From NCBI RefSeq assembly GCF_009914755.1, contig NC_060931.1: a stretch of 64,000 nt of DNA. One strand, written 5' to 3'. This DNA comes from the human T2T-CHM13v2.0 reference genome, Homo sapiens. The notes under the pieces were generated by a model that saw only the letters and a program-made list of their open reading frames with translations, was not told the origin of the DNA and did not search any database. The translations under genes were made by a program, and so were the position numbers. The first letter of the stretch is position 1, and each line of letters begins with the position of its first letter. Shown here piece by piece: positions 13,870-27,510 of the stretch.

Positions 13870-14650
13870 CTTAGGTTTAGTTTATACACTATAAAATCAC
13901 CCATTTTCAAGATATAGTTTGATGAGTTTTAGGAAATGTATACAGCTGTGCCTCCAACACCCCAATCCAGCTTCAGAACCTTTCCTTCACTTCAGAGAGT
14001 TCCCTCATGTTGTTCTGCAGTCAATTCCAACTCCTACCCCAGCGCCCCAAGCAATACTGATCTGCTTTCTATCTTTATCCATAGTCTTGCCTTTGCTATA
14101 AGGTTCAATTAAAGAAAATCATACAACTTACAGTCTCTTACGTCTGGATTGTATGTTGCTGCATATATCAGCAATTCATTCCTTTCTAGTGTTGAACAAT
14201 ATTCCATTCTATGAAGACACCACATTTTGTTTATCCATTCACCAGCCTATGGACATCTGGGTTGATACTGCATTTTGGCTGTTATCAATAATGCTGCCAT
14301 ATCCATTTGCACACAGGTCCTTGCATGGACAGATATCTTAATTTCTTGGGTACATACTAAGAAAAGTGGAATGGGTACGTACATTCCACTCCAAGACCTG
14401 GAGTGGAACTTCCAGGTCACACAGTAACTCCTTACCTAACTTGTTGAGAGACTGTCAAACTATTTTCCAAGGCAGCTGCACTACTTTACATTCCCATCAA
14501 CAATGTAAGAGGGCTCCAGTCTCTCCACATCATCACTAACACTTATTATCTGTTTTTTGATATTAGCCATCTAGTACTGTACTGGTATCTCATCGTGATT
14601 TTAATTGGAATTTCCCTAATGACCAATGATGTAAGACTCTTTTCATTCCA
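13870..14650 (-). mobile_element. Old L1M (L1MB/ME-like) 3' region
   Basis: Antisense L1 phrases ACCACATTTTGTTTATCCATTCACC, TTTACATTCCCATCAACAATGT, TTCCCTAATGACCAATGATGT. Confidence 0.8.
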
Positions 14651-14679
14651 GCTCAATCAGAAGGCAAAAAACAGTAGCT

Positions 14680-14885
14680 GCCATACATGGAATGCCTGTG
14701 ATCCACTAGGTGCTTTTCATGTGAAATCTCACTTAACATTGTAACAACCCTGAGAGTTAGGTGGTTTACAAAAGAGCAAACTAAGGTCTCGAAGAGGTGA
14801 ATTGACTTGCAAAGGTGACACAGGAGCAAGCTGAAAGTCGGCATTTGACTTCAGGTCTGTTGGTTTCCAAAGTCTGTGTGCTTTC
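14680..14885 (-). mobile_element. MIR
   Basis: AAACTAAGGTCTCGAAGAGGTGAATTGACTTGCAAAGGTGACACAG resembles the antisense MIR core. Confidence 0.65.
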
Positions 14886-15555
14886 TGTGGCAGTGTCTAC
14901 AAGCTGAAGTTTTCTGTGTCATCATAATCCACGACCCACCCTTTGGAATGTCTGTCACATCGTGTGCATGGAACAGGAATGAGATTTATTGTAGGCATTA
15001 TTTTGCTGTATAGAAGAAAACTAAAATGACTGAATCCACATGAAAGACCCGATCTCCATGCCCCCAAAATAACCTTTTATGAGTTATTAGGAATTCTACC
15101 TTTCAGCATTCCTCACCTCTCAACACTGTCAATTACTGCATCTCCAGGAGCAGAAATCAAACACAAGTGTGTCCAGCAGCTTTGCTAAGGAAACTGTCTC
15201 TGCAATCAGCATGGCCAGCCCACCAGGAACAAACCACAAGAGAAAGGAAAGGAGCAAAGTCAAGGAGCCCAAAGCCCACCAGGGTGCAAACCATGAAGCA
15301 TCCTTTCACTCTCAGAAATCACTTTTTAGATGCCAAAAATACTTAGAGGTGCCATTTTAGGCACAGAACTATATAAAATGAATATAAGGCCTGCAGCCAA
15401 AAGGGTTCATGTGACAAATTTTCCAAATGCCACAAAACATCATTCATTCAAAAAACTCATGAGTGGGAGACTTCATTAGAATAGCCTGAAAGCAGCGATA
15501 ACAGATAGAAATATCAGTGCTACTGTTATCTGCTGGCAATAAATGAATATGATAA

Positions 15556-15938
<383 letters not shown>

Positions 15939-18900
15939 AAAAAGTCATCTTTTTTTGATGTAATTGCAGAGTGCAAGAGTAACATTATGAAAAAAAAGTC
16001 AACAGATCAGCTCTGCCACCTCCTAGTCTATGATTTGGGCACCCGGCTTTGATGATCTCATACATGTCTGAGAAGAGTAACAGGCTTGTTGTTTCCAACT
16101 ACTATGCCCCCAAAATGAAATAACTGAGATATGTACCAAAAGACTACTCTCCTCCAGTTGGGCCTAAATCTTGGCCAGCAGATCCAAAACTCAACCACCA
16201 CACTTAAGAGAAAATATCAACTTCTTACCTTTTGCAGACAGAAATGCCCAGAAAGATTAATAAGTGGAGCAGCTTCAAGGGCAAAATGCCAAAAAATGCA
16301 TAAGGATTTTTGCATTTGGGTTGTGTACTACCCTACCTATTTGACTTCTATTTTAGAAGAAAAGTGTGTTGGATTCTCTGATGACATATATTTCTGTAAG
16401 TCTAGATTCTAACTGTAAAGAGCACAAGAAATTGAAAAGCTGAGATGTGACTAAAGTCTGACTAAAGGCTGAATAAATGATGGTGCCACCCACATTTAAA
16501 GACAATGTGACTTACTAGAATAAACACACACAGCACCTGCCGCATGCCTGCTTCTGTGCCTGAACAGTGACCCAACCATGGTCAGGTCACCGAAGGTCTC
16601 TAAGCTTTGGTTCTTTGTCTACAGACTGGAGAGAGGTATTTCTGTCTTGCCTTGAGGTTTACATGAAACAGTGTATGCGAACCACCTGGCGCATGCCCAC
16701 TATTCTAGGAGCCTCCTGCTAAGTCGTTACATTGTGTGCTGTGTCGGTTTATTCTTGAGAATCATGGTCAAGTAAAGCTCAACCTAAAGATGCAGTTAAC
16801 ATTCTCTACAACGTACTTTTGTGTCTCTATGGAGAGTGAGAATATGGAACCTGTGATCCAAAATGAACCAGAAAAACAAACAAACAAAAAACAGAAGTTT
16901 AGAAACTACACTAGTTACAACCACCAGCTTGGAAATGATACCCTGGTGTGGAAAATACAGCTCAAAGCAATCTGAGGGAGGCTCCTCCCCTTTCCATGGA
17001 AGTTTTCATGGCTTCTGGCACACCCTGTCAGCATTCTCTTCCCAGGAAGGTACTGGGAAGCACTGCCACGTGTACTCCTCTCATTCCTTTTCACTACTAC
17101 CAAATTTCACACCCCCTCAATTCTAGTAATATGCATTTTCATTAAATCTGGTAATATTTAACCTGGAGTCAAAAAGCAATTTCTTGTGCTTAGAAGACTT
17201 TCTATTTCTTGTCATGAATTGATTGGTTATAAATGTTAAGGGACTAAGCTGTTACAGCAAATTTGGGGAGAAAGAGAGTCAGTTCCACGTGCTGCCCCAA
17301 AGCAGCATCTGTGTATCAGAAAATCTTCAGGGAGTCTCTGGCAGTGTGGAGGCCTAAGCTAAAACCAGGAGGACTGAGAACATATGTGCCAGGAAGGTGA
17401 TTTTGATGCCAGTTCTGTCTCTCTCCTGAACCCAATCAACTCAATCATTTCTGTTTAACACAAACTCACATGAGTGCCTCCTAAAAGCTGGTTCAGTCAG
17501 CTGCCTCCAGGTCAGACCAGTGAGGATGGAGGCCGGTCACTCAGTGTTGTCTGTGGGTGCATGCAAGGGGCAGTGTGGTGCTCTTGAAAGGCAGTGCCCA
17601 AGGACAGCAGCAGAAATGCCCCTGCCTTCCCCACTCAGGAAGGGCATCACTGTCCACCCACAAGCAGCTTCCAGAGCCATCACTTATAAATATTTCTTCT
17701 CTCATTTAGATTTCCCTGTGCCAAGAAAAAAAAACAAAAACAAAAAAACACCTGCCTGCTCTGAGTCAGCCTCAGAGATGACCGTGGTTGACTGTGCTGT
17801 CTGCCATCTGCTTTTAACCACGAAAGAGGAAGCAGCTATGTGGGACACCACATCAGGGAACCTTCCGGACCTAGGGTCTCACTGCCTGGAAACTCCCCTG
17901 AGCCTCAGCTTCTTCAGATGGAAGGGACTCTGCTAACTCAAAGAACCCCTCATACTACCCACCAAAGGAAAGTCCCCATCAGGGAGACTAGCAAGGGAGG
18001 CTGAATGTAGAACAGCACTCAGGTTAATCCTAAATCCCTACCTGGCTTTCCCTCCTCAGTCATCAACATAGTGATGGGGTGAACTTCGATGATGTTGTCT
18101 GGGGACTGACCTTCATATCCTCTGATCCTCCCAGTCTTTTCTTCTTACCTTTTCTCGTACCCAGTGTGTGGTGGGTGGGTAGGGAGGTAGATGAGTGAAA
18201 ACACCCACAGGAAGGAGGATGGCAAAACTCAGATCCAAAAGCAACAACTCTGCCTCAGTGTTGTAAATAAGCAACAGCTTTTCCACCCAAAACAACTCAT
18301 TTGTGCAAGGTCACCAGCAAACTGTACAGCTGTCTCCCAGCCCTGTCAGCTATAATTTCTAATAGCTGTCACTGTGTCCTGGCTTGTTAAAATCCGTGAA
18401 GGAAATCATTTCATGTAGCTTTTTTTTTTTTTTTTTACGAGATGGAAAGAGAAAAGAATGGTAGCAGAGTAAAACAGCAAGTGCAAGCAGATGACAGAAA
18501 TTTCTACAGACACTTAATAGACAGACATTCCTTAGGCCTAGTTCAAATATCTAAATTCCATCTGGGGACTTGGCTGTCAAAAGATAATCATCTCTTGCTT
18601 CATTTCTCATATAATTTCCTAAACCCTCGGGTCTCAGCTAGTGCAAGGTCCTGTCATGGTCACCTGTGGCTTGGGCCAATTCTCACTTCCCCTGAAGGGC
18701 AGCTGCGTGTAGGGAGCGGGGGCTGCCCAAAGTTTCACTCTGACTGGAGGTAAACTTAACATCATTTCTGCATTAGTCATTTAGAGCCCTGGGCTCAGTA
18801 CTTTCCCCCAACTGGGTTTCTGCTTTTGAGCTCGCTCTGCAATTTCCCCAATTCTGACTCAATTCTCTCTGGGCCCAGGGAGCTGTCAACAGCCACTCCT

Positions 18901-20181
18901 CCCCACCCATTTCTCCAGCTGTAGCCCTCTTGCAGGTGTCCTGCCCACAAAAGAACACCAGCATACAACGCCATGCAGGGCCCACTCTGAGCTGGGGACC
19001 TTCTGCCAGTTGCCACCTGGGATCTCTGCCAGGTGCCCAGAAGAACCTCACACCAGACATCCCTACAGCTGAGCGCTGCTCCCACCCAGTGCTCTGGACT
19101 TTGGGGAAAGTACCACCGCCCACTAGCTCACCCCAGCCACATGCTGTCCCCAGTGCCTCCTGTCTTCCCACTCCATCCACGTGGTCAAGCCTTGTCTCTT
19201 CCCAGGACATTCCTGCCACACCACAAAGGAGGCTGGCATCAAAAGCCAGGGGGTGAGCTTGCTGATGGGAGAAGAGGAGAACAGGAAGACACAGTTGAAG
19301 AGTGGTAGAGCCTGCAGCACCTGCCCCAAGACCACTGCCACATCCAAGTCTGGCCGCATGGCCTCTAGTGCCAGGGCCTGGCTGGGGGACTCCTGACACT
19401 GCACCTGCCCCTAAACCTCTCAGCAGCCTTGACAAAGCTCAGGGGGCTACGCAGGGCTCTGTCATAGAGAATAGGAAAGGAGGGCACACAGCACACCAAC
19501 TCCTGCTAGAAAATCTCCAGGGGCTCCCCATTCACTGTGGGTTTCTCTTTGCTTCCCCTTGAGGTCATAATTTTCTTTCTTCTGAATGCAATTTTATCTT
19601 CAGTGGGCTTCATTACACAAACAAGCAAAAAGAGTGGGGCTGACTGATCAGGGCAAAGCTCAGTGAGCTCAGAGGGCACTGGGGCAGGCTCCCCCTGGAA
19701 ACCCTGCTGCCTCACTGAGGGTGAAGTACAGACCCCAGGGAGTGTCCTTCTGGCCTGGCCACCCCCACATGCCATTGGCTCTTCCTGTCTCTGCCGCTCC
19801 TCCCAGTCCCCCGCCCCGCAGCCATTTCCATCCGTGCACCTCTAGAGAACCCTAGGTCTATTCACTTCCATCTGGAAAACACTTCTTCAGAGTTTCCACC
19901 AACGGAGCCTCAGCCTCAGTGTCACTTGGATGAAAATTTTCGAGACTTCCAGAAGGTGAGTTGTTAGTTTTCCCCCTTGGGGCTCTGATTAAATTTAACT
20001 CTCAGCACTTCAGCTTACAAGGAATCTTCCCTTCCGTGAACTTATTTGGTCCTAATGAGACCATGGGAAGGAGTGGGCTGCCCTCAACCAGCAGACATGC
20101 TCAGCACTGTGTCTGCCATCCCAGGATGCAGTTGGGGCACTGTCCCTCTGTGCAGAGGCTGGGCAGGCAGACATCAACTTA

Positions 20182-20866
<685 letters not shown>

Positions 20867-23314
20867 TTAGGAGCACAATATGCTGATGGGGACAAAGAGA
20901 ACTTCATTGTGTCTCTCAAAACATTTTCCAAGAGGAAGACGGGAGAGAATGAGGGCAGAGCACATGGCACGTGGCAGGACTGAACAATGACACTGATATA
21001 AAAACAACTCGTGTTCACACCAAGGAGCACTGGCCCAGGCACGGAGCATGACCACAGGGGCGGCGTGCTGATCCTGGCTCAGGCAGCGCATCTGCCACAC
21101 GGAAGGGCGCACCGTACCCAGTCTGGTTGAGGTGGGCACCCAGCCTCACTCAACAGGGCATTCAATGTAAGTGCCCACAAATGCAAGAGACAGTGAACAG
21201 AATGGCAGCCAGACCGCATGAAACGCAGAGCTCTTGAGGCACCACCAGGGGAAGGTGGGGCCTCCCTGGCCACAAAACCTGAGACTTCAAGTCATGTCTG
21301 AGAGGCTGAGAGGATTAAGGAAGGGGCTTTGGGGAGGGGCCAGACATTTTCTGACGAGAAACGCAATGCAGATGGTGAGTCCAAGATCTCTCGGCCTGAC
21401 CTGTCTAATTCCCTGACCCTGGACTGTGCCTGCGTGGAAGGCTCTGCCCCTCCGTCCCGGCAGCACTGACCCTGCCCTGTCCCAACCAGGCCTGCATACC
21501 CTTCCTTCAGCTGAACACACATATTTTGTACCCCGAACACCCACAGCGTGCAGCAACATCTGGGAAGCCAAGCAGGAATCTCACTGACGTCTCTCACACA
21601 CCTCAGCTGGCACTCTGCCCCCACTGCTGGCTCTGGAGCAAGCAGAGGCCAACAAGTCAGACCACTGATTTCGTGCTCCAGCCTTCTGGAGGTAACACAT
21701 AACTGCCCACCATGCTCTTCTTTCCCAGAACTGAAGCCCAAACTCTGGGCCAGGCTTCACAGCAAACTGAACCACCAGCCGAGCAAGCACCTGAGCATGT
21801 GAGCCCGTCCTTCGCATTCTGTTAGGCGCAAGGATGCAGGCAGCGCACCTCCTCGCCAGCCAGTCGCCCACGGTCCTGTCACTGCTGGGTCACACGCAGC
21901 CCTCCAATACGGAGCACACATAAATAAAGCTCTGGCGCCCGCAGACCCTGCAGTATCCTCCTCTGTTGAGTGGTGAGAACATCTACCATGGAGGACGCTA
22001 CAAGGATTCAAGAAGCCAGCGCTTGTGACAGTGTGAAAAGCAGGTCCGGCCCCCAGGCCCAGGCCACCAAGGAACATGCACTTCCCACAGCCCCCACTTC
22101 CCCTCCAACTTCCACTACTTCAAACCCATGAAAGGGGGAACTGCCCACAAAAGTTCATTCTCCCCCAAACCACTTACTAAGTGCCAAGTGGCCCCACCAG
22201 GCAGAGATGGAGGCCAGCGTGAATCTGGGCTGTCTCCTGCCCACCTGCCATTCCTCTCCACCAGCCAGCAAGGAGGCCCCAGGAGCCCCCATTCAGCTCA
22301 CACACCCAGATCCAAACACTGCCTCCAGCCTGGCCCGACCACACTAAGCTGCCCTCTGCCTCTCCCACTTTAGGGCTTCGAGACACCTCTTTCACCAGCT
22401 GAACTGGTGGAAAACTTTTCCTGCTGATCCCCTCTAGAGACCGCTCTCATTGCAGAAGTGTTTCTGGAACACGAAGTATTGCAAAGTCAGTCTATTTTGC
22501 TACAAACCACTCTGAGTAGCGATTTGCAAACACCATCCCTTATGCAGTCCGCACTTAGGAACTCTCTTCTCCAACTGAGCTACACTCTCTGGTCCTTCTC
22601 TAGGTCCAGGTAAAGATGTAGCCAGTCCTTCCAGTCTGCAAAGCATTATGAAGCTGCAAAGAATATATCCAACATCTTATTCAGACTTATTCTTGAAATG
22701 AACAATGTTTCGTTCTTTGCTAACTTGATGCTCAAATACCCTCTCAAAATCTAAACACAAGCCCTTCCTGCCAGGCTACACAAACCACACAAAAAGAACA
22801 ACCCTATGGTCCAAAGACTGAGGATTCCACAGTCCAACTGAGGATCACTGTAAACTGCTTTACATGGTTTAATAACAAACATAATAATCCATCTATACAA
22901 ACCTGCAAGAGCACAGAAGACAGATACCCAAGAGTTTCGCTGAGCATTGTGTGTAATGACAAAAACAGCTACAAACTACTTAGCTGTTCATCAAGAGAGG
23001 GCGGATTAAAATGAGTCATGGCCATTCCTATAAAGGAACGCTTTCTAAGGGGAATGCTGTGGGTTTGAGCTGCTGATGAGGAAACATCTCCAAGCAACAT
23101 TTCTTAAAAAAAAAAAAAAAAAGGAGAAACAAGATGCAGAACACTGTCTATAATATGATCCCATCTGTGTACTTTTAACCAAATATTTGGGTATACAATC
23201 TTAAAAAAAAAAGTTGCACAAGAAACTTATCAGAGAGGTATGCCTCTTTCTCTGTAGAGGGTCTAGGGTTGAGAAGGTATTGGGGAGGGAAAGGTTTCAT
23301 TCCTTTTTGTTTCA

Positions 23315-23681
<367 letters not shown>

Positions 23682-24186
23682 TTAAAACCACCAAATCAAT
23701 TATCTATGAGAAAAAGGAACAAGATCAACACATGAAATCCCCAGATGATTTAAGAATTCCATTCCACTTGGTACTCACCCCTTCACCCCAAAGATTCAAC
23801 CAAACTGAATTCAGCTTCTCCCCATTGCTCTCTCCCTGCCTGTCCTTAAAACAAAACTAATGAGCTGTTAAAGGGCCACATGTGAGGCTGAAAGGGAAGG
23901 AAACAAAGCATGTGAATAATTCACAACTGGATCATCAGCCCCGCTGTGAGCTCAACAGCCCCTGACACGGATGGAGTTGAGTCCCTCTGGAGGTGGCATG
24001 CTGAAGGGAGACTGCCTTCCTGCGTGGACCTGGGACAGAGGTGGCCACAGGCAGGCTCAGTAAGTGGTTGCTGAACCAACTATATGGACAGGAACCAGGA
24101 CTCAATGGAGAAACATGTTATATATACACACATACACGCATATTTGTCATACACACAACATAACAAACGGGCGCATAACATAAGCG

Positions 24187-24189
<3 letters not shown>

Positions 24190-24229
<40 letters not shown>
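24190..24229. repeat. (CA)n microsatellite
   Basis: About 20 uninterrupted CA units. Confidence 0.97.
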
Positions 24230-24230
<1 letters not shown>

Positions 24231-24406
24231 CCTCCCAAATAAGGAAACAGCAGGAACACTCATGAATTAAGACAGATAATCCCCAACTTAGGGATGGTTT
24301 AAAATTTAGGGCTCATTTTCTCACGGAAATGATGGTATAAATGTTGGCGAACTTCCCTGGCTAGGTAACACATGTCTGTTTAGCTCATAAAATAAATGAA
24401 CTCCCA

Positions 24407-24689
24407 GCCAGGCGCAGTGGCTCACGCCTGTAATCCCAGCACTTTGGGAGGCCGAGGAGGGTGGATCACGAGGTCAAGAGATCGAGACCATCCTGGCCAA
24501 CACAGTGAAACCCTGTCTCCGCTAAAAATACAAAAATTAGCTGGGCATGGTGGTGCGTGCCTGTAGTCCCAGCTACCCGGGAGACTGAGGCAGGAGAATC
24601 GCTTTAACCCTGGAGATGGATGTTGCAGCGAGCCGAGATCGCGCTACTGCACTCCAGCCTGGCGACAGAGTGAGACTCTGTCTCAAAAA

Positions 24690-24739
<50 letters not shown>
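24407..24739 (+). mobile_element. AluSc-like with (TAAA)n tail
   Basis: GATCACGAGGTCAAGAGATCGAGACCATCCTGGCCAAC; 18-bp TSD AAAATAAATGAACTCCCA at 24389-24406 and 24740-24757. Confidence 0.95.
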
Positions 24740-24740
<1 letters not shown>

Positions 24741-25139
24741 AAATAAATGAACTCCCATTCCGTCCTTGTGTTTGATTGCCCCAGACTGTCTGCTGAGGAG
24801 ACCCCATGTGCCCTCAGGGAGGCTGCCTGTTTAGACCTCTGGCCGTCACCAACATTGCTGTGCTTCTGTTCTCAGCAGCTTCAAGGGCTGACCTCCACCT
24901 GGTGCCCAGCCGAGTAAACACGTGGAGCATAAGTTCCATGTGTATGGACTCAGGGCTCCTCCAGACACCACGGGCGCTGCCCTCACAGAGCACTCACCTG
25001 CAGGCTGCTTCCCCTAAGTGTCAGGTCTTCACCTCCGCTGCGGCCTCAACGCAGGGAATTTACTATTGAATTCACCGCCAAGACAACACTGAGACAGAGT
25101 CGATGCCACAATTTTACGGCGTAGTTTATTTTTATGTCT

Positions 25140-26390
25140 GGCTTAGATCTCAAAAAGGGTCTGAGAAGGCTTACATAAATACCATTTTAAAATACAAGGA
25201 AAAAAACAACACCAAAAGCAAAAGTAATGAGAAAAAAATACATAAAGTGGACTACATTGAAACTTAAAATTCTTGGGCTGCAAACAATACCATAAAGTAA
25301 AACGACAACCCGCAGAAACGGGAAAAAAATACTTGCCCATTATCTAGCTGATAAGGAACGTATTTAAAGTCTTACCGCTCAATATCAAAAACAGAAGCCA
25401 TTAAAAATGGGCAAAGGAGTGACTGCTAGTGGGTACAGGGTTTCTTTGTGAGGTGATGAAAATATTCTTGATTGTGGCAATACTTGCATAACTCTGTGAA
25501 TATATGAAAAACTTCAGAATTGTACACTTTAAGTGGATGAATTATATGATACTTAAATTCTATCTTAATAAACATGTTATTTTTTAAACGGGCAAAGGAT
25601 TTGGATACACATTTCTCCAAGGAAGATAATGCAAACAGCCAATAAACAAATGAAAAGAAGCTCAACAACATTAGTCATTAGGGAATTACAAGTAAAAATC
25701 ACTGTGAAATACCACTTCACACCCACTAATATGACTATAATAAAAAAGACAGACAATAACAAGTATTGGCGAAAATGTGGAACATTTGACCCCTCATACA
25801 TTGCTGTTGGGAACAGAATGGTGCAGCAGCTTTGAAAATCAGTCTAGCAGTTCCTCAAAAGGCTAAACAGTCATCACATAACCTAGCAATTCCACTTGTA
25901 GATATTTATCCAAGAGAAATGAAAACATATGCCCACAAAGACCTGTACACAAATGTTCACAGCAGCATTATTCACAATAGCCAAAAAGTGGAGACAATCC
26001 AAATGTCCATCAACTGCTGAATGGATAACCAAATGTGGTGTATCCAGTTATTTAGCAATGAAAATGAAGTACTGATTCATGCTATAACACAAGAGAAGCC
26101 CGTCCTAAGGGACCACGTTACATGATTCCATTTATATGACATGTCCAGAAAGAGTAAATTTAGAGACAGAGAGTAGATTAATGGTTGCTCAGGGCTTGGG
26201 TAGGGTGGGCCAGAATCAGGAGTGACTGCTAAAGGTACAAGATTTCTTCTAGGAGGAACAAAATATTCCAAAATTGGATTGTGATGATGGATGAAAAACC
26301 CTGTGACTCTATCAAAAATTAAATCATACAATATAGATGGGCGAGATGATGGCATGTGAACGACATCTCAACAAAGCTGTTTAAAAACAT
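25140..26390 (+). mobile_element. L1MB-like element (ORF2 3' end and 3'UTR) with a nested L1 3'-end fragment at ~25419-25585
   Basis: Degenerate ORF2 C-terminus (ORFs 25629-26020: LVIRELQVKITVKYHFTP, AIPLVDIYPREMKTY); nested piece flanked by AAA(T/C)GGGCAAAGGA at 25405-25418 and 25586-25599. Confidence 0.85.
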
Positions 26391-26760
26391 AAGACAAATC
26401 CAGCATGTATTTTTTTTAACAAATTTTATGGATTCCTAATAGTTGTACATATTTATGGGCTACACATGACATTTTGATACAAGCATACAATGTGTAATGA
26501 TCAAATCAGAGTAACAGAAATATCTACCACCTCAAATATTTATCACTTCCTGTGTTGGGAACATTCCAAATTTTCTCTTCCAGCTATTTTGAAATATATA
26601 ATTAATTTTTGTTAACTACAGTTGCTCTACTGTGCTACCGAACACCACATCTTATTCCTTCTAACTGTATTTTCATCCCCATCAATTAACTCCTCTCCAT
26701 CCCCGTCTCCCCACTACCCTTTCCAGCCTCTGGTAACCACTCTTCTTTTCATTACCTTCA

Positions 26761-27105
<345 letters not shown>

Positions 27106-27185
27106 AGAACAGGCAATATTTGTTTTTCTGTGCCTGGCTTATTTCACTTAATGTTCTCCATATTGATCCACATTACTGCAACTAG

Positions 27186-27510
<325 letters not shown>

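Noticed and set aside
18419-18790. Isolated poly-T run suggesting a retrocopy tail
   Set aside because: No adjacent polyadenylation signal, TSD or recognisable parent sequence.
18773-19435. 220-aa minus-strand ORF and overlapping ORFs
   Set aside because: No recognisable domain, non-ATG start, no coherent splice structure; compatible with chance in GC-rich intron.
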